From: an uncultured Fusobacterium sp.
Lineage (GTDB): Bacteria > Fusobacteriota > Fusobacteriia > Fusobacteriales > Fusobacteriaceae
DNA: 64,000 nt
Assembly (NCBI RefSeq): GCF_905200055.1
Contig: NZ_CAJKIS010000005.1
Location: 12,192 to 76,191 of the forward strand
Reading direction: 5' to 3'
The position numbers were made by a program, and so were the translations under genes. The notes under the pieces were generated by a model. It was not told the origin of the DNA. It did not search any database and saw only the letters and a list, made by a program, of their open reading frames with translations. The number at the start of each line of letters is the position of its first letter. Position 1 is the first letter of the stretch. Positions 39,573 through 50,508 of the stretch are shown piece by piece.

Positions 39573-39815
39573 ATGGAAAACTTTAAAAGATTTTGTGAAG
39601 TTTGGGAGAAAGAAAAGCCAGTTCCTGAAGAAAGATACAGATTTTTTGAGCCAATGAGTTGTGTAATGATATTTTTCCTTACTCCTAACGATGTTGATAA
39701 TATAAATGCTTTCTTTAGAAAAAATGGAAGTTTCAACCCTGAAAGACCTATACATGAAGATATAGTAGTTGACGAAATCCATTATAATGGAAATTATATG
39801 ATTAAAATAGGATAG
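39573..39815 (+). CDS. Small hypothetical protein (80 aa)
   Basis: Good RBS GGAGGAATA before the ATG. No recognisable domain. Confidence 0.4.
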   Translation: MENFKRFCEVWEKEKPVPEERYRFFEPMSCVMIFFLTPNDVDNINAFFRKNGSFNPERPIHEDIVVDEIHYNGNYMIKIG

Positions 39816-39826
39816 GAGGATATTCT

Positions 39827-40630
39827 ATGAAAAATATTTTAACTATTGCTGGTTCTGACAGTTGTGGAGGAGCAGGAATACAAGCTGATTTAAAAACAAT
39901 GAGTGCTTTAGGTGTCTATGGTATGAGTGTAATCACTGCTATAACTGCTCAAAATAGTATGGGGGTTCATGCTGTTCAAGAGGTTTCTGAAGATATGATC
40001 AGAATGCAACTAGAGGCAATTTTTGATGATATTGAAGTTGATGCTATAAAAATAGGTATGCTCTCTAGTAGTACAGTTATAAAAACTATTCTTTCAACTT
40101 TAAAAAAATATAGTTGTAAAAATATTGTTATAGATACTGTTATGCTTTCTAAAAATAGATATAAACTTTTACAAGATGAGGGCATGGAAGATTTAAAAAA
40201 ACTTATATCATTAGGGACAGTTGTTACTCCTAATATCCCTGAGGCTGAAGTTTTGGCTAATATGGAGATAAAAAATGAAAATGATATGATTGAGGCTGGA
40301 AAAAAAATTCAGGCTTTAGGTGCTAAAAATATTTTAATTAAAGGTGGACATAGAGAAGATGATTGCACTGATATTCTTCTGTTAGAAAGTGGAGAAGTTT
40401 TAAAATTCCCAGAAGTGAGAATCTCTACAAAACATACTCATGGTACTGGTTGTACCCTTTCTTCTGCTATTGCATCCTTTATTGGAAAAGGATACTCAGT
40501 TGAAGAGAGTGTAAAACTTTCTAAAGAATACATTACTGAAGCTATTAGAAACTCTTTTCCTCTTGGTAAAGGGGTAGGACCTTTAGGACATCTTATTGAT
40601 CTTTATAAAAAAGCTGGTATTGAATATTAA
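39827..40630 (+). CDS. thiD: Hydroxymethylpyrimidine/phosphomethylpyrimidine kinase (ThiD/PdxK family)
   Basis: 267 aa. TIAGSDSCGGAGIQADLKT is the ThiD N-terminal signature. Confidence 0.85.
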   Translation: MKNILTIAGSDSCGGAGIQADLKTMSALGVYGMSVITAITAQNSMGVHAVQEVSEDMIRMQLEAIFDDIEVDAIKIGMLSSSTVIKTILSTLKKYSCKNIVIDTVMLSKNRYKLLQDEGMEDLKKLISLGTVVTPNIPEAEVLANMEIKNENDMIEAGKKIQALGAKNILIKGGHREDDCTDILLLESGEVLKFPEVRISTKHTHGTGCTLSSAIASFIGKGYSVEESVKLSKEYITEAIRNSFPLGKGVGPLGHLIDLYKKAGIEY

Positions 40631-41004
40631 AAAAATTAGAGAGGAAATAGACCTCTCTTTTTTTAATTCACTTAATAAATTTCTATAATTTTAAGAATTT
40701 CCATTTAGTCAATATTAAAATAATTTTTATCTTTTTTATGATTTTTTTACAATTGTATATTCAAATAGTTACCTCTTTTTTAATTTTATTCAAACTTTTT
40801 CTGTTCAAATTATATAATTTTTAAATATTATGTTTTATTTTTTTAAATTATAGATAGATTTTTTTACATTTTATATTTTTTGATAATATTTTTTTATATC
40901 TATTTTTATCTCAATTCCATTCTTTTTTTAAATTCAATTTTTATATTCTTAATTTGTTTACTTTCAGTTAAAATCATTTTATAAAAAGACTAAAAATTTG
41001 ATTA

Positions 41005-41033
41005 TTGACAACTAAAAAAGAAAAATGTATACT
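41005..41033 (+). promoter_or_regulatory. Sigma70-like promoter of the PTS operon (TTGACA-17-TATACT)
   Basis: TTGACA at 41005-41010, a 17-nt spacer, then TATACT at 41028-41033. Confidence 0.55.
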
Positions 41034-41089
41034 TGGGATATCAGTCGTAAAGGTACGAACAACAGTATAATTTTAAGGAGGAATTTTTT

Positions 41090-41563
41090 ATGCCAAATAT
41101 AGTTTTAACCAGAATTGATAACAGATTGATACATGGACAAGTTGCAACAGCATGGGCTCAATATTCAGGAGCAAACCTTTTATTGGTTCCTAATGATGAC
41201 GTTAGCGTGAACCCTACAAGACAAAATTTAATGAATCTTGCTGCACCAAAAGGAATGCAAACAAGATATTTTTCAGTTCAAAAAACAATAGATATTATTC
41301 ATAAAGCTGCCGATAGACAACTTATTGCAATAATAGCTGAAACACCTCAAGATGTAGTTAGATTAGTTGAAGGTGGAGTACCTATTAAAAAAGTAAATGT
41401 TGGAAATATGCATATGTCTGAAGGAAAAAAACAAATTTCAAAAGCAGTTTGTGTTAATGAAGCAGATATAGCTGCATTTAAAAGACTAAAGGAACTTGGT
41501 GTTGAAGTTGAAATACAAAGAGTTCCTACAGAAGCAAAAGAAAATATATGGGATTTAATTTAA
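41090..41563 (+). CDS. PTS mannose/fructose/sorbose family IIB component
   Basis: 157 aa. MPNIVLTRIDNRLIHGQV has the IIB-Man phospho-His. Confidence 0.85.
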   Translation: MPNIVLTRIDNRLIHGQVATAWAQYSGANLLLVPNDDVSVNPTRQNLMNLAAPKGMQTRYFSVQKTIDIIHKAADRQLIAIIAETPQDVVRLVEGGVPIKKVNVGNMHMSEGKKQISKAVCVNEADIAAFKRLKELGVEVEIQRVPTEAKENIWDLI

Positions 41564-41644
41564 TTTTAACTATGGGTTTTTAGACAAATTTTTAATTATA
41601 TGATTTTAATTTTATTAAAATATAGTTAAGGAGGGAAAACATTT

Positions 41645-42430
41645 ATGTTAATGGAGTCATTGTTAATAGCAATATTTGCTGGAATAGCAGGTATTGACTT
41701 ATTTGATGGGTTGATACATATTCATAGACCCATCGTAACAGGAGCAGTAGTAGGGCTTATATTGGGTGATCTTAGAATGGGACTTATAGCTGGAGCAACA
41801 CTTGAACTAGTATGGATGGGAGCCGTACCAGTTGGAGGAGCACAGCCACCTAACGTTGTTGTTGGAGGTATTATTGGAAGTACATTTGCAATTCTTACAA
41901 AACAAGATCCTGCAACAGCAGTAGGAATAGCTATTCCATTTGCAGTAGCTGTACAAGCTTGTATCACTTTATTATTTACTTTCTTCTCACCTGTAATGCA
42001 TAAAGCAGATAAATATGCTGAAGAAGCAAATACAAGTGGAATTGAAAGAATCAATTACCTTGGATTAGTATTGTTGTTTGTATTCTATTTCACAGTAACT
42101 TTCTTACCTATTTCAATGGGAGCAAAAGCTGCTCAAGAGATTGTAGAATTACTACCTCAATGGTTAATAGATGGATTTGGTGTAGCTGGTGGTTTAATGC
42201 CTGCAATTGGATTTGCTATGCTTTTAAATATCATGTTCAAGAAAAATTATATTATTTTCTTTGTACTTGGATTTATTCTTGCAACATATTTACACTTACC
42301 TGTAATAGGAATAGCTGCAGTTGGATTTATAATTGCTATTTATGATTATCAAGTAAATAAAAAAATGGATAATATACAACCTACAGTTGGAGTAACAGCA
42401 GAGGAGGAGGATTATAGCGATGGAATATAG
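41645..42430 (+). CDS. PTS mannose-family IIC component
   Basis: 261 aa polytopic membrane protein in the IIC position. Confidence 0.8.
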   Translation: MLMESLLIAIFAGIAGIDLFDGLIHIHRPIVTGAVVGLILGDLRMGLIAGATLELVWMGAVPVGGAQPPNVVVGGIIGSTFAILTKQDPATAVGIAIPFAVAVQACITLLFTFFSPVMHKADKYAEEANTSGIERINYLGLVLLFVFYFTVTFLPISMGAKAAQEIVELLPQWLIDGFGVAGGLMPAIGFAMLLNIMFKKNYIIFFVLGFILATYLHLPVIGIAAVGFIIAIYDYQVNKKMDNIQPTVGVTAEEEDYSDGI

Positions 42431-43229
42431 AGACAACAGTAAAGAAAAAGTTATAACTAAAAAAGATTTGAATAATATGGTATGGAGATCACTTCTTTTA
42501 CAAGCATCTTTTAACTATGAAAGAATGCAAGCTGGTGGTTGGCTATATTCAATTCTTCCTGGGCTTAAAAAAATTCATAAAAATAAAGAAGATCTTTCAA
42601 ATTCAATGAAACTTCACCTTGAATTCTTCAATGTACATCCATTCTTAGTTACATTTGTTCAAGGACTTGTTCTTGCAATGGAAGAAAATAAAGAGAGTCA
42701 AGATTCAATAAGAGGTATTAAAATTGCTTTAATGGGACCTCTTGGAGGAATCGGAGATGCTCTATGTTGGTTTACACTTCTACCTATAACTGCAAGTATT
42801 GGAGTTTCTCTTGCAAAAGATGGTAATATTGCTGGTCCAATAGTATTTTTACTTCTATTTAATATAGTTCATATCTTCTTAAGATTTTTCTTAATGCACT
42901 ATTCTTATAAAATGGGAGTTGGAGCTATTTCAAAACTAAAAGATGATACAGAATATGTTACAAATGGATCTTTAATTTTAGGACTTACAGTAATTGGAGG
43001 ACTAATTGCTTCATTTGTAAACTTAAAAATAGCAACTGTTATAAATCTTGGAAATGATGTTATGGTTAATATTCAACAAGATGTTTTTGATAAAATAATA
43101 CCTAATATTTTACCATTACTTTATACATTGTTTATGTTCTATCTTCTTAAAAAAGGTAAAAAACCAATAACTCTTATTCTTCTTACTCTTGTAATAGGTA
43201 TAGCAGGAAGAGGACTTGGAATTTTATAA
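42420..43229 (+). CDS. PTS mannose-family IID component
   Basis: 269 aa. WRSLLLQASFNYERMQAGGW is the IID signature. Confidence 0.8.
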   Translation: MEYRDNSKEKVITKKDLNNMVWRSLLLQASFNYERMQAGGWLYSILPGLKKIHKNKEDLSNSMKLHLEFFNVHPFLVTFVQGLVLAMEENKESQDSIRGIKIALMGPLGGIGDALCWFTLLPITASIGVSLAKDGNIAGPIVFLLLFNIVHIFLRFFLMHYSYKMGVGAISKLKDDTEYVTNGSLILGLTVIGGLIASFVNLKIATVINLGNDVMVNIQQDVFDKIIPNILPLLYTLFMFYLLKKGKKPITLILLTLVIGIAGRGLGIL

Positions 43230-43244
43230 TAAAGGAGATAAGTT

Positions 43245-43673
43245 ATGACACCAATTATAGTAACAGGACATGGGGAGTTTGCTTCAGCTCTTGAAAAAAC
43301 TATGGAGTATGTTGTTGGCCCTCAAGAAGATATTTATTTTATAAATTTTAATAACGGAATGGGAAATGGGGAACTTGAAGAGAAACTAAGAAAAGTTGTT
43401 TCAGAAACAGGAAGTGACGAAATAATATTCTTAGCTGACATAGTTGGAGGAACTCCCTTTTCTACAGCTGTTTTAATTTCTCAAGATATACCAAAAAGCA
43501 AAGTATTTGGTGGATGTAATATGCCTATGCTATTTGCTGCTCTTGAAATGAGAGAAGAAGGAACTCTTGAGGAGATAGCAGAAAATATATTAGCAGATGC
43601 AAAAGCTAATATAGCTCTTTTTGAAAATACAATAGCTATCTGTGAAATTGATGATTTTGAAGATGGTATTTAA
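43245..43673 (+). CDS. PTS mannose-family IIA component
   Basis: 142 aa. MTPIIVTGHGEFASAL carries the IIA-Man active His. Confidence 0.8.
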   Translation: MTPIIVTGHGEFASALEKTMEYVVGPQEDIYFINFNNGMGNGELEEKLRKVVSETGSDEIIFLADIVGGTPFSTAVLISQDIPKSKVFGGCNMPMLFAALEMREEGTLEEIAENILADAKANIALFENTIAICEIDDFEDGI

Positions 43674-43685
43674 ACTAAACAATAA

Positions 43686-43722
43686 AAGACCTGCACTTCA
43701 TTTAGTAGTGCAGGTCTTTATT
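43686..43722. terminator. Bidirectional palindromic terminator between the PTS operon and kdsC
   Basis: AGACCTGCACTTCATTTAGTAGTGCAGGTCT flanked by A/T runs. Confidence 0.6.
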
Positions 43723-43724
43723 TA

Positions 43725-44228
43725 TTATTTTTGATTTAAAAATCTATTTATTACATTTTCCCAAGTTCCATTTTCTTTCATTAGAAATTCAATGAATTCT
43801 CTTACTGCTCCATCTCCACCATCTTTAGTAGAAATAAAATGAACTCTCTCTAAAACTTCAGCTGCACTATTTTTAGGAGCTGCTGCAATTTTTACCATTC
43901 TCATTACACCAAGATCGTTGATGTCATCTCCCATATATGCTACTTCATCTAAAGTTATACCTAATTTAGTTATTAATTTCTCCATCTCTTGAACTTTATT
44001 TGATATCCCTTGAGCTACCTCTTGGATTCCTAATTCGTCTGCTCTTCTTTGTACAATATTAGAAGATTTTCCAGTAATTATTGCAACTATTCCACCCTCT
44101 TTTATCCATTGAGCTATTGCAAATCCATCTTTAACATCAAAAGCCTTTAAGTTGTTGTCTTTATCATCTGTATATATCTTTCCATTTGATAATGTTCCAT
44201 CCACATCTAAAGCTATTAATTTTATCAT
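43725..44228 (-). CDS. kdsC: KdsC-family HAD phosphatase (3-deoxy-D-manno-octulosonate-8-phosphate phosphatase-like)
   Basis: 167 aa. LIALDVDGTLSNGKIY...LKAFDVKDGFAI...AYMGDDINDLGVM...GGDGAVRE closely parallels KdsC. Confidence 0.75.
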   Translation of the reverse strand: MIKLIALDVDGTLSNGKIYTDDKDNNLKAFDVKDGFAIAQWIKEGGIVAIITGKSSNIVQRRADELGIQEVAQGISNKVQEMEKLITKLGITLDEVAYMGDDINDLGVMRMVKIAAAPKNSAAEVLERVHFISTKDGGDGAVREFIEFLMKENGTWENVINRFLNQK

Positions 44229-44310
44229 CTTTCCTCATCTCCCTTTTAAATTTTTATATAAAGAAAAAAGGATATCCAATACAGGATATCCTCTCACATA
44301 CTAAGAAAAA

Positions 44311-44571
44311 TTATAGTGCGTTTACTTTAGCAGCTAATCTTGCTTTCTTTCTAGATGCTGTATTTTTCTTCATGATTCCTTTGCTTACTGCTTTATCTAA
44401 TTCTTTGTAAGCTACTGATAGAGCTGCTTTTGCTGCTTCTACATCTTTAGTATCTACAGTTGTTAAAACTTTTTTAGTCATTGTTTTAACTCTAGATTTT
44501 ACTGCTTGATTTCTTTCTCTGTTTCTTTCTGCTACTAAAACTCTCTTTTTAGCTGATCTTGAATGTGCCAA
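44311..44571 (-). CDS. rpsT: 30S ribosomal protein S20
   Basis: AHSRSAKKRVLVAERNRERN... matches S20. Likely TTG start with a GGAGG RBS; the ORF-track M lies upstream of the RBS. Confidence 0.8.
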   Translation of the reverse strand: MAHSRSAKKRVLVAERNRERNQAVKSRVKTMTKKVLTTVDTKDVEAAKAALSVAYKELDKAVSKGIMKKNTASRKKARLAAKVNAL

Positions 44572-45046
44572 ATTAAAAACCTCCAATTATTTTCAAATAA
44601 ATAAATTATTTTTCCATAAAATGATATCATAAATTAAACAAAATGTCAACTTGTTATTGACAAGAAGTAATTTTAATTTGTTTAAGTTAAGCTACAAAAG
44701 AGACACCTTTTCTTGTACAATGGACCATATTTATTCTATCATAATTTCCCAAAAATTAAAAGTATTTTTTATATAAATTTCTTTTAAATCTTTATTTGTT
44801 AGATTTCAATACATCTATATAATCTGGTGTAATAAATGAATTTTAGGTACTCATTTTTGGACTACTCAAACTCTAAAACAGCTAGTCATAGACATTTTAT
44901 AGCAATAATCAAGGGAGATAAAGTTCATTTTAAGGCAAAAATGGGTGTTTATTTTCCGTTCAGTAGTTTTAATTGAAAAAAGCAGATTTTTTTAACTACT
45001 GAAATACAGCCATTAATACCTTTAATTTTCACGTAAAAGAATAAAA

Positions 45047-45392
45047 AGTGTAATCAGATGTAATCATTTGTAATCAAAGTGTAATCATAAAAATTTATAC
45101 TAAAAATTAGAAATAACAATATAAAATAAAAGTGTAATCAAAAATGGGAGTAAGGGGACGTATATATATAGGTAATTTATAATATATTTGTATAAAAAAG
45201 TCTCCCTATATAAGATAGGTCTGTGTAAATTTGATTACACTTCACCCTAATTTCTATATATAACTATCTTAAATACATATAAAATTAAGTATAATTAATG
45301 ATTACACTTAATTTTTAAAATATATATTAATAAATAGAAATAATAGTAATTAATAGATGTAATCAAAAGTTGGTTACATATTGATTACACTT
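45047..45392. repeat. Iteron-like array: nine copies of (AAG)TGTAATCA / TGATTACA(CTT) in ~350 bp of a 1.1 kb non-coding spacer
   Basis: Forward copies at 45047, 45059, 45069, 45078 (10-11 bp phasing), 45131 and 45358. Reverse copies at 45232, 45299 and 45382. Six copies share the 11-mer AAGTGTAATCA. Confidence 0.6.
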
Positions 45393-45647
45393 ACAAGATT
45401 AAAACTATCTATAAAACTATATAAAAATAAAAACATAAAGAAAAATATTGAAAAAAAACTCTTTAGAACAGTAGTATTTTAGTAAAATAGACTAGTTGTC
45501 TAAGAGAAAAAAAGGAGCTTTTTACAACCTCTATAGCTATTTTAAGTGGGGTGAGTGACAGTAAAAAAGAGCTAAAGTACTTAAAAATATATAAAAAATC
45601 ACATTTAATATGGCAAATTTATCTAAATATTCAATTAAAATATTATA

Positions 45648-45688
45648 AAAAGTAGCTCCAGTACTAGTACCAGAGCTACTCAATTATA
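45648..45688 (-). terminator. Rho-independent terminator of carB
   Basis: GTAGCTCCAGTACT/AGTACCAGAGCTAC hairpin followed, on the minus strand, by TTTTTAT. Confidence 0.6.
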
Positions 45689-45705
45689 ATTATTAATAAT
45701 ATTTA

Positions 45706-48700
45706 CTAAATTTTACTTACATCGAATACTTCAAGTTTATCTTCTTCAACATGTCTATCTTGCATTCTTAAAATTGCACTGATAGTGTCTAAAGCTGTTA
45801 AAACTTCAACTCCATATTCAATAGCAGTTCTTCTCATTTTAAATCCATCTCTTTGAGCGTCATTTGCTTTTGTAGGTGTATTGATTAGTAGATCAACTTC
45901 TCTATTTTTCAATACATCAGAGATGTTAGGTGATGCTTCTCCCATTCTGTTTACTATTTTAGCTTCAACACCATTGTCAGCTAGGAATTTTTGAGTTCCT
46001 TTAGTTGCATAAAGGATAGATCCATGTTCAACAAGGCTCTTAGCTATTGGTAAGAATTCCTCTTTATCTTTATCTCTAATAGTAACAAGTATCTTTCTAT
46101 CTTTGATTAGGTGAACTCTCTTAGCTCCTAAAAGTCCTTTATAGATAGCTTCATCTACGTTGTTTCCAACTCCAAGAACTTCTCCTGTAGATCTCATTTC
46201 AGGTCCTAATGATACTTCAACACTTGAAAGTTTTTCAGTAGAGAATACTGGTACTTTTACAGCAACTACATTTGGTTTTTTATAGATTCCTGTTCCATAA
46301 GGCATATCTTTTAATTTTTCTCCAAGAGCCACTCTTGTAGCTATTTCAATTGCAGGTACTCCTGAAACTTTTGAAATATATGGAACTGTTCTTGAAGATC
46401 TTGGGTTAACTTCAATTACATATAATTTATGCTCATAAGCTATAAATTGAATGTTCATCATACCTTTAACTTCAAGAGCTTTAGCTATTTTCTTAGTAAT
46501 TTCAAGAAGTTCTTCTTCTGTTCCTTCATATAGATTTTGTTGTGGATAGATAGTTATTGAGTCTCCAGAGTGAACTCCTGCTCTTTCTAAGTGTTCCATA
46601 ACTCCAGGGATTAATACATCTTCTCCATCACAGATAGCATCTACTTCAAGTTCAATACCGTTTAGATATTTATCTATTAATACTGGGTTTGAAGGGTCTC
46701 TATCAAATGATGCTTCTAGATATTTAACTAGGTTATATTCATCGTGACAAATTTCCATTCCTTGTCCTCCAAGTACATATGAAGGTCTTACAAGTACTGG
46801 GTATTTAATTTCATTTGCTATTGAGATTCCGTGGTTTACATCCCATACTGCTCTTCCTTTTGGTCTAGCAATATCAAGTTCTTCCATCATCTCTTCAAAT
46901 CTTTCTCTATCTTCTGCTTCGTCAATTTTGTCTGCACTTGTTCCAATTACTTTTATTCCTCTATCGCTTAGGTCATTTGCTAATTTAATAGCTGTTTGTC
47001 CTCCAAATTGAAGAATAACTCCTTCTGGTTTTTCTTTTTCAAGAATATTCATAATATCTTCTGTTACAAGTGGTTCAAAGTATAGTTTATCAGCAGTTGA
47101 GAAGTCTGTTGATACAGTTTCTGGGTTGTTGTTGATAATTATACTTTCAATTCCAAGTTTTTTAAGTGTTTTAACTGCATGTACTGTACAGTAGTCAAAT
47201 TCTATTCCTTGTCCAATTCTGATTGGTCCTGAACCTATAACAACTATTTTTCTTCTATCTGATACTGTTGCATCATCATATTGATCATAAGTTGAGTAGT
47301 AGTATGAAGATGTAGCTTTAAACTCTCCAGCACAAGTGTCAACCATTTTGTAAACTGGTGTTATATGATAAGCTTTTCTCTTAGTGTAGATGTCATCTTC
47401 ACTGATTCCCATAAGATCTGCTATTCCTTTATCTGAGAATCCTTTATTTTTTAATTTTCTTAAATAATCTGGATCTAATTCTTTGAATTTTAATCCTTTT
47501 AAAATCTCTTCTTGTTTAACTATCCATTCGATTTTTTCCATGAAGAATTTATCTATTCCAGTTAATTTTTGAAGTTTTTCTTTTATATATCCTCTTCTTA
47601 ACATTTCTGCAACAACGAAGATTCTTTCATCATCTGGTTTAACTACAGCAGCTTTTAATTGTTCCATAGTCATTTTCTTAGCTACTGGGTGTTCTAAACT
47701 ATATCTTCCAATTTCAAGTGATCTGATTCCTTTTAAGAAAGCTGATTCAAATGTACTTCCGATAGCCATAACTTCTCCAGTTGCCATCATTTTTGTTCCT
47801 AGTGTTCTATTTGCTTTTTTGAACTTATCAAATGGCCACTTAGGAATTTTTACAACTATATAGTCAATAGTTGGATCAAAACAAGCATAAGTTGTTTGAG
47901 TAGCTTCGTTTACTATTTCATCAAGAGTATATCCCATAGCAAGTTTTGTAGATACTCTAGCTATTGGGTAACCAGTTGCTTTTGATGCAAGAGCTGATGA
48001 TCTTGAAACTCTTGGGTTAATTTCTATAATTGCATATTCAAATGATTTTGGATGAAGAGCAAATTGAACATTACATCCTCCAATAACTCCAACTTCATTT
48101 ACTATTTTAACTGCTGATGCTCTAAGCATTGCACACTCTTTAGCTGAAAGTGTTTGAGTTGGTGCAACAACTATTGAGTCTCCAGTATGGATTCCAACTG
48201 GGTCAACGTTTTCCATGTTACATACAACTATTGTATTTCCATTTTTATCTCTGATTACTTCATATTCAATCTCTTTCCATCCATAGATTGATTTTTCAAG
48301 AAGTACTTGTCCTACCATTGAAAGAGCAAGTCCTTTTACTAATATATCTTCTAGTTCTTTAGGGTTGTTAGCAATTCCCCCTCCAGTTCCTCCAAGAGTA
48401 TATGCAGGTCTTACAACGATTGGGTATCCAATCTCTCTTGCAACTTCGAATCCTTCTTCAAGAGTTTCAACTATTTTACTTTGAATAATAGGTTCTCCTA
48501 ATTTATTCATTGTTTCTCTGAATATTTCTCTGTCTTCTCCCTTTTTAATAGATTCAACAGAAGTTCCAATTACTCTTACTCCATATTTTTCAAGGATACC
48601 TTTTTCTGAAAGCTCAACTACCATGTTAAGTCCAGTTTGTCCTCCCATTCCTGCAATAATAGAGTCTGGTCTTTCTTTAGATATTACTTTTTCAACAAAT

Positions 48701-48912
48701 TCTATAGTGATTGGTTCAATATATATTCTATCAGCAACTGCTTTATCTGTCATAATTGTAGCAGGGTTTGAGTTGATAAGTACAACTTCAATTCCCTCTT
48801 TTTTTAGAGTTTCACAAGCTTGAGTTCCTGAATAGTCAAATTCAGCAGCTTGTCCTATTATAATTGGTCCTGAACCTATTACAAGTGTTTTCTTTATAGA
48901 TTTATCTAACAT
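45706..48912 (-). CDS. carB: Carbamoyl-phosphate synthase large subunit
   Basis: 1068 aa with duplicated ATP-grasp halves and a C-terminal MGS-like domain. Confidence 0.95.
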   Translation of the reverse strand: MLDKSIKKTLVIGSGPIIIGQAAEFDYSGTQACETLKKEGIEVVLINSNPATIMTDKAVADRIYIEPITIEFVEKVISKERPDSIIAGMGGQTGLNMVVELSEKGILEKYGVRVIGTSVESIKKGEDREIFRETMNKLGEPIIQSKIVETLEEGFEVAREIGYPIVVRPAYTLGGTGGGIANNPKELEDILVKGLALSMVGQVLLEKSIYGWKEIEYEVIRDKNGNTIVVCNMENVDPVGIHTGDSIVVAPTQTLSAKECAMLRASAVKIVNEVGVIGGCNVQFALHPKSFEYAIIEINPRVSRSSALASKATGYPIARVSTKLAMGYTLDEIVNEATQTTYACFDPTIDYIVVKIPKWPFDKFKKANRTLGTKMMATGEVMAIGSTFESAFLKGIRSLEIGRYSLEHPVAKKMTMEQLKAAVVKPDDERIFVVAEMLRRGYIKEKLQKLTGIDKFFMEKIEWIVKQEEILKGLKFKELDPDYLRKLKNKGFSDKGIADLMGISEDDIYTKRKAYHITPVYKMVDTCAGEFKATSSYYYSTYDQYDDATVSDRRKIVVIGSGPIRIGQGIEFDYCTVHAVKTLKKLGIESIIINNNPETVSTDFSTADKLYFEPLVTEDIMNILEKEKPEGVILQFGGQTAIKLANDLSDRGIKVIGTSADKIDEAEDRERFEEMMEELDIARPKGRAVWDVNHGISIANEIKYPVLVRPSYVLGGQGMEICHDEYNLVKYLEASFDRDPSNPVLIDKYLNGIELEVDAICDGEDVLIPGVMEHLERAGVHSGDSITIYPQQNLYEGTEEELLEITKKIAKALEVKGMMNIQFIAYEHKLYVIEVNPRSSRTVPYISKVSGVPAIEIATRVALGEKLKDMPYGTGIYKKPNVVAVKVPVFSTEKLSSVEVSLGPEMRSTGEVLGVGNNVDEAIYKGLLGAKRVHLIKDRKILVTIRDKDKEEFLPIAKSLVEHGSILYATKGTQKFLADNGVEAKIVNRMGEASPNISDVLKNREVDLLINTPTKANDAQRDGFKMRRTAIEYGVEVLTALDTISAILRMQDRHVEEDKLEVFDVSKI

Positions 48913-48967
48913 CTTTTTCTTTCCTCCTAATTATCTAAAAACTTTTAACCTTCAACTTCACAAAATA

Positions 48968-50017
48968 CTACGCTTTTTTCTCTATAGTCTTTAAAAAATC
49001 AGCAAATAAGTTATTTGAATCTTCTGGATATGCTTCAGGTAAGAATTGTACTCCCATAGCTGAAAGTTCAACATTTCTAAATCCTTCTACAGTTTTATCA
49101 TTTAAATTTACATGAGTAGCTTCAGCATTTCCTAAAGCATCTATTGTATATCCATGATTTTGAGATGTTACATATATTCTGTTTCTTGCTATATCTTTAA
49201 CTGGGTGGTTAGCTCCTCTATGTCCATTATTCATTTTAGCTATAGTTCCTCCAAGAGCAAGATTTAATACTTGTGCTCCTAAAGATACTCCAAATACTGG
49301 AAGTTTTCCTAATACTTCTTTCACTGTAGCTACAACTTCTGGTACATCTGCTGGATTTCCAGGTCCACTTGATAAGAATAATGCATCTATATTGTGTTTT
49401 TTCATTTCTTCAAATGTTGTATTGTATGGGAATACTGAAACTGCAAATCCCATTTTAGAAAGAGAATCTATAGTACTTCTTTTAACTCCTAGATCTAGAA
49501 CTCCTATTCTAAGTCCATTTCCTCCAACTTCAATTATCTCTTTTCTACTTACTTCAGCAACTGCATTTTCATATGAGAAATTATCAAACTTTTCTTTTAA
49601 TTCTTTGTGTGTAAGATCATCAGTTGTAATAATAGCTTTCATAGATCCATTGTCTCTTATTATTTTAGCTATCTCTCTTGTATCTACTCCTTTAAATCCT
49701 ACTACATTATATTGTCTTAAGAATCCGTCTAATGTCATTTCACATCTAAAGTTGTTAGGTAATTTTGCATCTTCTTTAATAACAAATCCTTTTAAATGAA
49801 TCTTATCTGATTCCATATCATCTAAGTTGATTCCGTAGTTTCCTACCATTGGATATGTCATAACTACTATCTTTCCATAAAGTGATGGATCAGTAAGAGT
49901 TTCTTGATACCCTACCATTCCAGTAGTAAAAACTATTTCTCCAGTAGTTTCACCTAAATGTCCAAAGATTTTTCCATCAAAGCTCATGCCATTTTCAAGA
50001 ATAAGTTTACCTTTCAT
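48968..50017 (-). CDS. carA: Carbamoyl-phosphate synthase small (glutaminase) subunit
   Basis: 349 aa. GATase Cys in the GVSLGAQV region and HG..E near the C-terminus. Confidence 0.9.
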   Translation of the reverse strand: MKGKLILENGMSFDGKIFGHLGETTGEIVFTTGMVGYQETLTDPSLYGKIVVMTYPMVGNYGINLDDMESDKIHLKGFVIKEDAKLPNNFRCEMTLDGFLRQYNVVGFKGVDTREIAKIIRDNGSMKAIITTDDLTHKELKEKFDNFSYENAVAEVSRKEIIEVGGNGLRIGVLDLGVKRSTIDSLSKMGFAVSVFPYNTTFEEMKKHNIDALFLSSGPGNPADVPEVVATVKEVLGKLPVFGVSLGAQVLNLALGGTIAKMNNGHRGANHPVKDIARNRIYVTSQNHGYTIDALGNAEATHVNLNDKTVEGFRNVELSAMGVQFLPEAYPEDSNNLFADFLKTIEKKA

Positions 50018-50508
50018 TTCCCCTCCTAAAAAAAAAGATACAACTACAAAAAGTTATATCTTAGAAAATTTAAAATATTTAAAATTATGAATAACAAATC
50101 TAAAAGAAAAATCAAAAAGAATAGCAAATAGTTTTAACTTAAATGTGTTATTATACTTTTTATTTGATAGTATAACCTCTGCCATATAACATCCCTCCTG
50201 ATTTTTACTAAAAAATATTATATCTTTTTTTCAAACCTTTGTCAAGAAGTTTATTCTGTAAAATAACTAAAGCTATTTTTAATAAAAAACTTTTTTAAAG
50301 ACAATTTAATTTTTATTTTTACAATATTTACTTTTATTAATATAATATGTATCAGATTTAAACTTTTATTAGATTAAAATTTTTTTATTTTTTTCCTCTA
50401 TTTACAAAAAAATTAAATTAAGATTATATTTTCAAAAGACTGCTTAAATCAAATTAATGTACTGCACCCAAAATCTTAGACAACTAAGATGGAGGGTGTA
50501 GTTTTTTT

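Noticed and set aside
39419-39782. 105-aa and 73-aa minus-strand ORFs across the xth 3' end
   Set aside because: Antisense to xth and to the small ORF. No support.
44600-44660. rpsT promoter call (TTGACA...TATCAT)
   Set aside because: On recounting, the spacer is 19 nt for TATCAT, or 14 nt for TATGAT. The fit is not clean enough to report as a feature.
45047-45392. DnaA-box array or oriC
   Set aside because: The repeat TGTAATCA does not match the DnaA box TTATCCACA. There are no dnaA/dnaN neighbours. Kept as an unexplained iteron-like array only.
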